IMG/VR virus record: IMGVR_UViG_3300027969_004705
Coordinates: 8,672-72,671 of that record
Length of the DNA stretch: 64,000 bases
Reading direction: 5' to 3' (one strand)
DNA from: a virus
Part shown: one piece after another, positions 43,516-53,227 of the stretch
How the letters are laid out: each line of letters begins with the position of its first letter
Numbering within the stretch: position 1 is the first letter of the stretch
Made by a program: the position numbers and the translations under genes
Notes under the pieces: generated by a model
What the model was told of the DNA's origin: nothing
The model's input: only the letters and a program-made list of their open reading frames with translations
Databases searched by the model: none

Positions 43516-44718
43516 TTAAGTTAATGGGTTTAATGGCGCCATTAAACCTAATGGGTTTACTGTCTCATTGTTATATTTTGAGGCAGGATTAGGCACAGTA
43601 GATTGCATCGGTGCAGGGGTCAAACCATCAAAAAGACCAGGTGTAGACGGTGTATCAAAAAACGATGGCTTATTATTTGGAACACCTTGATATGTCGCTG
43701 CGGGATTATTGAGCGGTCGATTTAAAAGTTGGTAACGCGACGCTGTCGTATTTGATGTTGATGTTGCAGTATTAGGTATAGGTGACTGTAGAGGACCGAT
43801 CGGTATACTATCAAGTAAACTTGGTATGGCTGGCTCATCGAAGAATCCCGGCGCTGTGCTAGGAGTACCTTTATATGTTGCAGCTGGATTAGATTGAATT
43901 GGTCCTACAAACTCTGCCTCATTTACTGCTTGTGGTTTAATTACTCTTGCAGCAGGTACCGGAAGTGATGTGGATCCTTGTGGTGCTGCTTCTCTACTAT
44001 AATAAAGTTCTACAGTATTATAGTGAGAGAAAGCAAATGATACTATCTTATTACTTAATTCTGTAAAACTCATTTCTCCATAACTTATAGCATCTCCCGC
44101 TACATTAAAAGGCACAGCGTTAAAAAACACTATTTTTTTTCTAGGTTCAAGTTTAGCGTTTGCAGAATTAAACCGACCTGTAGAACTACTCGCATTTTTG
44201 TCTCTGGTATAAAGTGTTATAGTTATAGTGCATTTAATATCTTCGTCTGCATTACCATCTTCTATTAAACCTTTATGCGAATTAGCTATAATCCACGGCT
44301 TAATAAAATAATCTATTATATCAATATTAGTCTCTAAAAACGTAATATCAAGTTTATTTTGTGAACCATATGATGCTCTATCTCCCGATACATATCCCAT
44401 TAAAAATCCTCCACTATTTCGTAGCTCCTCTGTTGATATACTATAGCTTTCAGTTGGAAATCCAACTGCTTGTGCTAATAAATAGCCATTATTTCCAGAG
44501 CTATCTGTTTGATCTTTTATAAGACTCTCTTCTATTTTCCAATCTCTTGCTTCACGTCTTTCATATTGTGAAAAGACGGTATTTATGCGTTTTCCTAGAG
44601 TAGCAGTATCGTTACCATCACGAGTTGCAAAATCTATAGTCCATAGAGATTTTAAAGGAAGATCATTCTTCCAATTCTTGTGTAAACTGAGTCTTGTTTT
44701 AATAGGTGAATTAGCCAC
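43516..44718 (-). CDS. Tail-tube-fold protein (gp54-like) with Pro-rich duplicated C-tail
   Basis: AVGFP, LDITFLET, FIKPW, FFNAVP, VSFAFSHY. Confidence 0.6.
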   Translation of the reverse strand: MANSPIKTRLSLHKNWKNDLPLKSLWTIDFATRDGNDTATLGKRINTVFSQYERREARDWKIEESLIKDQTDSSGNNGYLLAQAVGFPTESYSISTEELRNSGGFLMGYVSGDRASYGSQNKLDITFLETNIDIIDYFIKPWIIANSHKGLIEDGNADEDIKCTITITLYTRDKNASSSTGRFNSANAKLEPRKKIVFFNAVPFNVAGDAISYGEMSFTELSNKIVSFAFSHYNTVELYYSREAAPQGSTSLPVPAARVIKPQAVNEAEFVGPIQSNPAATYKGTPSTAPGFFDEPAIPSLLDSIPIGPLQSPIPNTATSTSNTTASRYQLLNRPLNNPAATYQGVPNNKPSFFDTPSTPGLFDGLTPAPMQSTVPNPASKYNNETVNPLGLMAPLNPLT

Positions 44719-44744
44719 CTAAATATTTAAGAGGTTAACTACTT

Positions 44745-45284
44745 TTATAGAGTTTTTTCGTAAAAGTGGTAGGATAATGTAACTGAAACATCTACAGTAG
44801 CGCCTGTACCACCTGATATATTATACTCTATATCATTAATATTTTTTAACTGCACTCCTATGAGTTTATATTCAGATATAACATTTAACTTTTTATCGAC
44901 CTGCCCTAAGACAATATAAGAATTATCATCAGGTGTACCATAAGCACCAGTAGAGGTTGTATCGTTAAATAAATTACGCGAAGCTTCTTCAAAGAAACTA
45001 CGTAGTTCACTGTTTTGATCTAAAAAGAAAGTAATGCTATATCCATCAGATCCTGGATATGTTGCTGTACCTGCAGAATTAAGATTTAATCCCATGTATG
45101 GTACAGCAATATTAGTAATGTTACGACCAGGTAATTTAGCCGTCTTAGCGTATACAAGCTGATCTTCAGATAAAGCTGGCATTCCGTCTAGTTTAAAATC
45201 GAGTACTCTAAAAAGAAAGTCTCTTGAGAAGTCTTTAGTTGCAGCAACTCTGTAAAAGTTTTGTATATTTTGATTTACGGCCAT
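44745..45284 (-). CDS. gp19: Tail tube protein (gp19-like)
   Basis: RDFLFRV, AKLPG, VPYMG, YSITF, QVDK, YKLIG, VTLSYH; TATAAATA 5 nt upstream. Confidence 0.85.
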   Translation of the reverse strand: MAVNQNIQNFYRVAATKDFSRDFLFRVLDFKLDGMPALSEDQLVYAKTAKLPGRNITNIAVPYMGLNLNSAGTATYPGSDGYSITFFLDQNSELRSFFEEASRNLFNDTTSTGAYGTPDDNSYIVLGQVDKKLNVISEYKLIGVQLKNINDIEYNISGGTGATVDVSVTLSYHFYEKTL

Positions 45285-45334
45285 ATTATTATTTATATCT
45301 GTATACGTAATATTTATTATTTTTTTGCTAAATC

Positions 45335-47044
45335 TTAAGTGACAGTCTTAGTATATAAAAAAACTAAATTACCACAATCATATATCTTACGATATCCTTC
45401 CTCATACATAATTTCTGTTTCTGTTTTAATATTGTCGAATGCTTGAAAGTGTTTTAATTTATGTTTTTGAAAATTGAGTCTACTAAGTAGATTTATAGTA
45501 TCTTTCGTATAAAAAAAGTTAGGTTTAGATGTTCTTATTAATTTAAAGCCATTTTTTAAATATGATTTACCATCTGAATATCTTAAATCGCAGTAAGATA
45601 TAATATCTTCATTTATCTGACCAGCACAATGTTTAAATAACTTACTAAATCCTCCTACTACACTAGTATTTAGTTTACAACAATATCTGACTAGTTCCAC
45701 TTGATTATTTGCATTTATTTTCCTATGTGAAAAAGACATAGCTGCGTAAATTTCATTATCTATTTTTAGTCCATAATCTAAAAAACTTTGACAGTTACCT
45801 TGTATGTGGTTCTGTATATAAAATTGTTTTTTTTCATCTTTTGTAAGTCTTACGAGGGTACATTTTCTTGCGTATTTTCTGGTTTCTAATTTATTTAATT
45901 TAGCTAAAATAATTGATTTCACGATGTCTTTTTTTAAAATCCATTCATTCTCAAATACGGTAATTAAATTGATGTTATTAGTTTGACATATTTGATTTTT
46001 AATTGAGTGTTTTTGACGGCCGGATGCTTCATGATGACTATTACAAGGATAAGTAGTACCATATGAATGCCAAAGAACACCATTATATTCAATACCTACT
46101 GCTTTATCAGGTATAAATAAATCGATTTCAATACCATTAACTTTTGCATTTTTTATAGTATTAATATTGTATTGTTGTAAAAATTCATTAATTTCATCTT
46201 CAGCCCGACTTCTGTTTTTGCCATACCCGGTGCAATTGTTACAACAAATTTCCTGCCATAACCCGCAAATAAATAATTGTTGTTTTACACTGTTACATTT
46301 TTTGCATTTAATATCTATCACACGTTGCTTATTAATATTGCTAATATCTGTTAAAATGATAAAGTTTTTTGTTACTTCTTTTTTTATCTGCTCTATCTCA
46401 TAACTATGTTTATTTTCTTTAGAACTAAACTTACTATATCCTAATGTACTATTAATATAATTACAAAATCCTTTATCATATGATATTTGTCGCTGATCTA
46501 TATTATTTTTTAAACAATAAAATCTTTCACCCCACTGTGCATCTATTGGTAGAAAGTCTGTCCAATATCTAACACTACATAATAGATCTATATTTTTTTC
46601 TATATCCCAAGCTTTAATATTAGTTTTAAATTTAACAATTTGCTGTGTAACAGCATCTTTAGATATAATATTAAAAGTGTGTGTTTCATAGCACTTATTA
46701 AAGTGGTTTTTAATATCAGAATATCGTTGCTTTATTGAAGATGTGTTAACTATTCTATTTTTATACATCATTGTTTTACTTTGACTGTACTTTTGAGCGT
46801 TTGGTGACCACTTTAAGTATTCACTAGTCATTTCACATACACATCGATTAGTTATATTATTTCGTATACAGTAAATTCGTTCTGACGCACTTGCAGTACT
46901 TGGTAAGAACTCTGTAGCTTTACATATATCAGTTTTTAAACTAATATTATCTTTAGCATTATACTTAGTTGTTGAGATTGTACCTACAGATGAATATATT
47001 TTGTGTATGTTATCTAAGATATGAGTCCTCAATAGTGTGTTCAT
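45335..47044 (-). mobile_element. Free-standing putative homing endonuclease (Hef-like; Vsr/DUF559-type nuclease plus extra C-terminal domain)
   Basis: SRAEDEI, EIDLFIP..AVGIEYNGVLWHS, LITVFENEW; CxxC pairs; inserted between gp18 and gp19. Confidence 0.75.
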
Positions 47045-47067
47045 ATAAACATTTAATACTATAAGTT

Positions 47068-47105
47068 AAAAAAAGCGCGGATTTAATTTAAATTAAATCC
47101 GCGCT
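47068..47105 (-). terminator. Terminator of gp18 formed by a perfect 32-bp palindrome
   Basis: agcgcggatttaattt|aaattaaatccgcgct (47074-47105), followed by a T-run on the minus strand. Confidence 0.85.
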
Positions 47106-47118
47106 ATAATTTACTTAA

Positions 47119-49515
47119 TTAATTACTACCTACAAGCTCTTCAAACTTAGTATCTGTTCTTGTAGCGTAGAAGTTAACTTGTATGAACTCTACTGTCTTA
47201 ACAGGTTTCAAGTAAATATCGACTACAAGCTCGTTATTATCAATTACTTCTGCGCTGTTATTTCTTTCATCACAAACGATAAGATAATCATACAACCCAC
47301 CAGCTGCCTTAACTCTTTCAAAGAAAGGAGATAGAGTGTTAACAACACGAGTTCTAGTAAAGAGTGTATTGTTTTCAAACAAGAAGAACTTCATTACCGA
47401 CTTAGTAGCTTTTTCAAGATATAAGAAGTTACGACGAACATTAATTCTATCAAAAGCACTTGGTTTCTTAAGCAATGTCTTTTGTCCAAAAACAACGATA
47501 CCTTGATCAGGGAAAGTTGTAATAGGATTAAGACTTATTGTATATAAGTCATCTCGTTGACGTTGATTAGGAGAGAACGCTACGTCAATAGCATCTGTAA
47601 TAATACCTCTGTTAAAACCAGCAGGTGCTCCCCATGGACCAATTTCAACATCAGTTGCTACCATTTTAGCAGCAGCATAACCTGAAGAAGGTATATACAC
47701 ATTAGTACCGCTATAAGCATCATACACTTTTAAATAATTTGCATATGTTGTAGCATATGAAGTGTTAGCAAAGCTGAATTGATTTCGTAATGCCCAATAT
47801 ATATTGGTAGAGAAGTTTTTACTTGCATCATTTACAGTTTTGTTATTTTTACCAGTTACAAGAATTTGTCTAATTGGATCAGCAATAAATATTAAATCTC
47901 CGCGGCCACCGTCTTTTACAGCACCCGCGAAGGTTGCAAATCTACTAAATACAGTATTATAAGCATCTCGAGCATTAACTCCTGCAGTAGTTAAATCACC
48001 AGAAGTTCCTAAGTCTGTTATACCTTGTGTTGTTTGTAAATCATCAAAATAAGCTGAAAGAGCTGTAATTGTCTGAGTTTTAACATATGTGTGTATAGTA
48101 CCTAAACCACCTTCAGCAATAATATCAATATTGAATAGGTCGGGATTACGAATACGAGTTAAAGCTCTATCAATCTTAGTAGGTATATCACCAATAATTT
48201 TTTGTTTAACACTAGCCTGAGCAAATGCACCTATAGGATATAATGAATCAGCAAAACCGTAACTTGATAAGAGTGCAAAAGCACCTGAAGATGCTCCGTA
48301 AATAGAATAATTTGCGCTAGTAGATGTGATAGCTGTTTGAAGTTGATTGGATATAACACGAACTTTCTTTTTAGGGGTACCGTCAGTATTTAACTGAACA
48401 CCGGTAAATGCATCTGCAACATATGGATTAACTAATACATCAACATTTGCTGATTGGTCACCCACATTACCGAGGAAAAAGTTAATAGGTGCACCACCAT
48501 TTACATTATTTATTTGACGAGCAGCACCAATTGATCCGTTATAACCTTCGTCTAATACATAATCAAGTTGATTGGCATCTGTAGAGAAAACAGATTGTCT
48601 TAACTTAAATATCCCTAAATTAAGTGTATCATCAAATTCACGAGTACCAGTATTATATCCCACCAGTTTTTCTTCCATTATCTGGGATATAGTATTTACT
48701 GCAGGATTAGCACCTCCAGCTGATGTTGCAGATAGTCCAAATAGTAATCTTGATTGAGGTATTCTAGTAAAGTTAGATGCAGCTAAGCCTGTACTAGGAG
48801 CAGATTGAGTAACTGTAAAGGCGTTAAGCACACCATCGTAATTACTTGCTGGATTAATGTTTGTATTATCAGCTAATGCTGTATAATATCCAGTATACTT
48901 ACCATCAATACTAGTCTGAGCTTTATTTACAATTATAAGAGCAGCAGAAGATAAAGCAGAAATAGATGCAAACACTCCGGTAGTATTAGCAGAACTTGTC
49001 GCGCTCCATGTAAATAAAGTACCATTTAAAAGTTTTAAATAATCTGTTTTTGTGATATTAAATTGTGTTGGACTTCCAATAAAATAATTAGTAGAAGATA
49101 ACCCTGCCACTCCAGTTGTATCAAATGTAGTTTGAAGAGTATATCCAAATGCATCAGATGTAGCTGACGATGCTCCTTGAGTTACAGTTATAGCTGGGAA
49201 AGCTAATAGAGATATAGTAGAACCAAAGCCTTCACCTGTACCGTCTCCATAAGGTAAGCGATTTACTAATATTTGACCAGTTGAATTAAATGCAGCTTTT
49301 ACGGTATAATAAAAATAACGCTCAGCGGGATTTTTTGGAGTTCCATAAATTTGTTCAAATTCAGAAAAACTTGACACTCCGACAACTTCATCTGTCGGAC
49401 CTTGATCAGCAAAGCCGGTTGTATAGATGGTTGTGCCAGCAGGAGAAGGGAGTCGTAGTGATAAATCTATTTCTTTAATTTCAACACCAGGTGATTGAAT
49501 AGTACGTTTAGCCAT
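47119..49515 (-). CDS. gp18: Tail sheath protein (gp18-like)
   Basis: SPGVEIKEIDLS, PWGAPAGFNRG, GQKTL, SAFDRINVRR, IVCDERNN, IYLKP; TATAAATA 5 nt upstream. Confidence 0.97.
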   Translation of the reverse strand: MAKRTIQSPGVEIKEIDLSLRLPSPAGTTIYTTGFADQGPTDEVVGVSSFSEFEQIYGTPKNPAERYFYYTVKAAFNSTGQILVNRLPYGDGTGEGFGSTISLLAFPAITVTQGASSATSDAFGYTLQTTFDTTGVAGLSSTNYFIGSPTQFNITKTDYLKLLNGTLFTWSATSSANTTGVFASISALSSAALIIVNKAQTSIDGKYTGYYTALADNTNINPASNYDGVLNAFTVTQSAPSTGLAASNFTRIPQSRLLFGLSATSAGGANPAVNTISQIMEEKLVGYNTGTREFDDTLNLGIFKLRQSVFSTDANQLDYVLDEGYNGSIGAARQINNVNGGAPINFFLGNVGDQSANVDVLVNPYVADAFTGVQLNTDGTPKKKVRVISNQLQTAITSTSANYSIYGASSGAFALLSSYGFADSLYPIGAFAQASVKQKIIGDIPTKIDRALTRIRNPDLFNIDIIAEGGLGTIHTYVKTQTITALSAYFDDLQTTQGITDLGTSGDLTTAGVNARDAYNTVFSRFATFAGAVKDGGRGDLIFIADPIRQILVTGKNNKTVNDASKNFSTNIYWALRNQFSFANTSYATTYANYLKVYDAYSGTNVYIPSSGYAAAKMVATDVEIGPWGAPAGFNRGIITDAIDVAFSPNQRQRDDLYTISLNPITTFPDQGIVVFGQKTLLKKPSAFDRINVRRNFLYLEKATKSVMKFFLFENNTLFTRTRVVNTLSPFFERVKAAGGLYDYLIVCDERNNSAEVIDNNELVVDIYLKPVKTVEFIQVNFYATRTDTKFEELVGSN

Positions 49516-49551
49516 ACTATTATTTATAAAAAAATTTACACTTTTATAAAA

Positions 49552-50130
49552 TTACACTGCTAAAAGTTCTGTCTGCAACTGAGAATATACAAAAGTGAAA
49601 GAAGATTCAATCTCACCTCCGTCTCGATAATTATATGTAACACCTCCTAAGGTAGTTGGAAATGCTTTTACATATTTAAATTTTATACGTTGATTATCAA
49701 ATTCATCCAATCCAAAAATAGAGATGTCAGTTTGATAATCAGCAAAAATTGCATTGTCGGTTAGAGAACTCTGATCAAATAAGCCTGTTTTTTCATCATG
49801 TAATAATTCTAACCACTTATAAATAACCCAATAATTATTATATTCATTATCTATTGTAAAATTAACTGTTACTGGTGGATAGGGATTTTTAGAATGAGAA
49901 GAATTATACAAAGTACTACCTGCATATCTAATCTCTAATGCAGGTACTGTTATCTCTGGTACTATTGATCCATATATAGAAAATTGTAGCGAGTTTTCTA
50001 TTATGGTATTATTAGATCTTTCTTGTCTTGTATTTATTTTACGTAAGGCTGCTGGTACTTGAAATACAAGTTTGAATTTATCAGCTCTTGATTTATTTAA
50101 AGAGGATTGTTTATAACTATTCGACGCCAT
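49552..50130 (-). CDS. gp3: Tail completion/tube terminator (gp3-like)
   Basis: VTVNFTIDNEYNNYWVIYKWL, KAFPTTLGG, FVYS; TATAAATA 5 nt upstream. Confidence 0.75.
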   Translation of the reverse strand: MASNSYKQSSLNKSRADKFKLVFQVPAALRKINTRQERSNNTIIENSLQFSIYGSIVPEITVPALEIRYAGSTLYNSSHSKNPYPPVTVNFTIDNEYNNYWVIYKWLELLHDEKTGLFDQSSLTDNAIFADYQTDISIFGLDEFDNQRIKFKYVKAFPTTLGGVTYNYRDGGEIESSFTFVYSQLQTELLAV

Positions 50131-50138
50131 ATTAATAT

Positions 50139-51842
50139 TTATAACAAACTCCAGCCATTGCTTTGTAAATCAAATAAATCATCTCCTTCATTGTCATCTC
50201 CCATACCAAATACGACAGCTTGAGTTGTACTGCCTCCAATACTTGTAATTTCATTATCTAAATATATAGAAGTAGGTTTTTCAAATAAGGATACTCCAAA
50301 ATCCATTGGTCTAATATCTTTTGGTTTACCTCTTTCATCTAACTCTATGATTTCAAAAAATCTTTCTGTTAACTCTCTTTCTAATATATAAAGAGCATAC
50401 ATTAAAGACATTACTCTATCATCATGAGCTGTACCTCTAGCTCTCCAAGTTCCGTTAGGCTGCCTAACAAAGTCTTTTAACTCTTTTAATGTGTCTATAT
50501 CGTTAAATTCAATACATTTTACTTCATTAAGGAAATATCTCATATTTAAAATACCTTTATATTTGGTATTAGTATGAGCTATCATTCCCATTTGCGCTCT
50601 ATTTCTACCTGCTACTTTTGCTCCATAAGATACAATTTTTTCATATCCCATGTCGAAGACTAGTCTATCAACTACTTGCGCGCCGCAGTTATTACGTTCT
50701 ATTAAAGCAATTGGACTGCCCCAATTACGCAGTATGTTATAGAGCTTATTTGTAAATTCGAGAGGCGCAATATTATTATTATGATATACTGCTACTTGTT
50801 TAATTTGTGCTAAATCAGTAATATCTAATATTTGAATAACTGAAGCATCAACCCCTACTCCTTCTGCTATATCAACTCCTGCTACATATACACGAGCCGC
50901 GTCAGGTTCTTCCCATATCTGATAATGATCTTCATCTAATATTATAGGTGCTGGCTTACAATTTTGAGATAGTTTATAAAATAATTCTTCATCTAAAGAA
51001 GAGTCTCCTGTTGCGAGAAATACCGTTTCATATTCTTGTAAGAATGATTCTGTAGAACCTAAAGCTCTAATTTGCTTCTGCTTCCACTCTTCATCTCTTC
51101 CTGGTATAGCTGACCAAAGAACTCTCTCATATACAAATTCATTTTCTTTCTTTTCAGCACCATCAAATAAAGTATGGAAAAGATTACCAGTACCATTAGG
51201 TGTAGATGCAATTAGTACTTTTGATTTTTTCGAACGTGATATAGTAGGAAATACTGAACGCCAAAAGTCTTGTAGTATTGATTCAGGTTCAATAAAAGCC
51301 ATTTCATCAATAATTAATGTATTAATGGATGCACCACGAGCCGCACTACCTGTTGTAGTACTAATACCGATACGTGAACCGTTTTCTAACTCTAGTGAGG
51401 TTTTGCCATATTCCTTAACACCAGGTTTGGACCAATTTGGCATCTCTTCGTATGCTAACCTAACTCTTCTAAATATTTCTATAGCCGTAGATTCTTTATT
51501 AGCTACAATAATAATATTTTGATATTCATTAAAACAAGCTATCCATAATGCGTAAATTGTCAGCATTGTCGTTTTACCGATCTGCCGACTTGCTAATAAT
51601 ATAACTTGTCTATTGTTTAAAAGAGTATTAAGCGCTTTCTTTTGATAATCGAAAAGCTCTATCTTAAGCTTACCTTTATCTGGATCAATAATATAAAAGA
51701 AATTTTCTGCAAAGTAAAGTAAATCTTCTTTACATTGTTTTAAATCATTTACCATTTCTAAGGTATACTCTTCTTTCCAGTGCTTATTTGGCAAATTTGG
51801 ATTACCTAAATAATATTCGCTTTTTGAACTTTTTTTTGCCAT
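50139..51842 (-). CDS. gp17: Terminase large subunit (gp17-like)
   Basis: YLGNPNL, SRQIGKTT, IIDEMAF, ASTPNG, FLQEYE, GVDIAEG, HDDRVM. No intein present. Confidence 0.97.
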   Translation of the reverse strand: MAKKSSKSEYYLGNPNLPNKHWKEEYTLEMVNDLKQCKEDLLYFAENFFYIIDPDKGKLKIELFDYQKKALNTLLNNRQVILLASRQIGKTTMLTIYALWIACFNEYQNIIIVANKESTAIEIFRRVRLAYEEMPNWSKPGVKEYGKTSLELENGSRIGISTTTGSAARGASINTLIIDEMAFIEPESILQDFWRSVFPTISRSKKSKVLIASTPNGTGNLFHTLFDGAEKKENEFVYERVLWSAIPGRDEEWKQKQIRALGSTESFLQEYETVFLATGDSSLDEELFYKLSQNCKPAPIILDEDHYQIWEEPDAARVYVAGVDIAEGVGVDASVIQILDITDLAQIKQVAVYHNNNIAPLEFTNKLYNILRNWGSPIALIERNNCGAQVVDRLVFDMGYEKIVSYGAKVAGRNRAQMGMIAHTNTKYKGILNMRYFLNEVKCIEFNDIDTLKELKDFVRQPNGTWRARGTAHDDRVMSLMYALYILERELTERFFEIIELDERGKPKDIRPMDFGVSLFEKPTSIYLDNEITSIGGSTTQAVVFGMGDDNEGDDLFDLQSNGWSLL

Positions 51843-51860
51843 ATAATTATAAATACTTAT

Positions 51861-52811
51861 ATGTCAAAAAGAAAAAATACAGATCTTAATTCAATTGGTA
51901 GCATATACGGTGACATGCTTAGTAATGTACGTACAATTGAAGAAAAAGTAAATGAGATTGGAGAGGCACCTTTACAAGATGGTGGACCTCTTGAAAGAGG
52001 TGGATTTACAAAGAAAGCTGTTGATAGACGTACTCTATCAGATAAAGAAAAAAAAGGTAATTTATATAATAGTGATAACTTATCTGAAGAGGATGAGGAA
52101 GGTGAAAAAAAACATTGTAAGCATGCTGAAGAGGGTTGTGATTGTGATGAGTGTGCTGAATGTAAAGCTAATCAGAAAAAAAACTTAGGAGAAAGTAGAA
52201 AAATAGTTAAGAGAAGCTTAAATAATTTTATGAGTAAGAAATCTGTATTCGAAAAACTTTATGAAAATGTAATGGGTAATAACTTCTCTTCACCTGATGT
52301 TAGTGAAGATAATGTGAAGTTAAACGATAGGAATGCCCTCGGCTTGGCTGATGCTGACACTGACGATGAATATGGAGACGAGGTTGAAGATCAAGTGACC
52401 TTTACTCTTGATCGTGAGACAGCTCAAAAGCTTATTGACGTTATGCAAGCTGCCCTAGGTGATGTAGAATCTGATATGGAGGACGATGGTATGGAGGATG
52501 ATGGGATGGAGGATGATGGTATGGGAGACGAAAATGATATGTATGATGAAGATGAACAAACAGCTGTTAGTCCTAGCTCTACAACTAGTCATGCTAAGCC
52601 AATGAATACCAAATATAACAACGGTAAGAATAACAAAGTTGGTAATTTAAAAGCTCCAAAAGAACAGGTACATTCAAAGTATACTGATACCGTAGGACAT
52701 GTCGGTGATTATGGTCATGCTTTAGTTAATGCAAAATATGCTGACGGTAAGGTTAACAAAGTACAATCTGATACCAAGTCTGAAATTGGTAAGAATATGT
52801 TCGAGCTGTAA
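51861..52811 (+). CDS. Acidic late protein, possible prohead core/scaffold component
   Basis: TATAAATA 5 nt upstream; Cys cluster; MEDDG repeats; several LxE/IxE sites; internal in-frame ATG at 52230. Confidence 0.6.
   Translation: MSKRKNTDLNSIGSIYGDMLSNVRTIEEKVNEIGEAPLQDGGPLERGGFTKKAVDRRTLSDKEKKGNLYNSDNLSEEDEEGEKKHCKHAEEGCDCDECAECKANQKKNLGESRKIVKRSLNNFMSKKSVFEKLYENVMGNNFSSPDVSEDNVKLNDRNALGLADADTDDEYGDEVEDQVTFTLDRETAQKLIDVMQAALGDVESDMEDDGMEDDGMEDDGMGDENDMYDEDEQTAVSPSSTTSHAKPMNTKYNNGKNNKVGNLKAPKEQVHSKYTDTVGHVGDYGHALVNAKYADGKVNKVQSDTKSEIGKNMFEL
52476..52530 (+). repeat. 15-bp tandem repeat encoding MEDDG x3
   Basis: atggaggacgatggt atggaggatgatggg atggaggatgatggt atgggagacg. Confidence 0.85.
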
Positions 52812-52832
52812 CATAATTATATAAAAAAAGAG

Positions 52833-52865
52833 AACCCAAAGGATGTTATGTCCTTTGGGTTTTTT
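52833..52865 (+). terminator. Rho-independent terminator
   Basis: aacccaaagga-tgttatg-tcctttgggtt followed by a T-run. Confidence 0.85.
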
Positions 52866-52879
52866 ATTAAATAATAATA

Positions 52880-53227
52880 ATGACATCTTTTCGGAAATAC
52901 ATTTTAGAATACTATAAAGGTAACTCCATTTTAAATGCTAAGATGGTAGGTAATCACAAAGACCCTAATAGAGTGTTCCAACGCAAGAAATCCAACACTG
53001 TACCTATCCAGCATAAAACCATACACCCCCTTATACGTAAAATAAGTGACGGTGAAGTAAATACCAAAACTATAGGAGGATCCGAGCTTAATCATTTATT
53101 AAAATTATATAATATGAAGTTTGCACCTGGAAAAACTAAGGTAATAGGAAATTCTAATGTTTCTATTACTATGAGAGTTAGTCGCGGCGGTATTCAACAA
53201 GGTATTTGTAGAAACAGAAAATTATGA
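52880..53227 (+). CDS. Small basic late protein, possible capsid-internal protein
   Basis: N-terminus MTSFRKYILE; TTAAATA 6 nt upstream. Confidence 0.65.
   Translation: MTSFRKYILEYYKGNSILNAKMVGNHKDPNRVFQRKKSNTVPIQHKTIHPLIRKISDGEVNTKTIGGSELNHLLKLYNMKFAPGKTKVIGNSNVSITMRVSRGGIQQGICRNRKL

Noticed and set aside
50139-51842. Intein in the terminase large subunit
   Set aside because: RQIGKTT and later motifs are contiguous and the length (567 aa) is typical.
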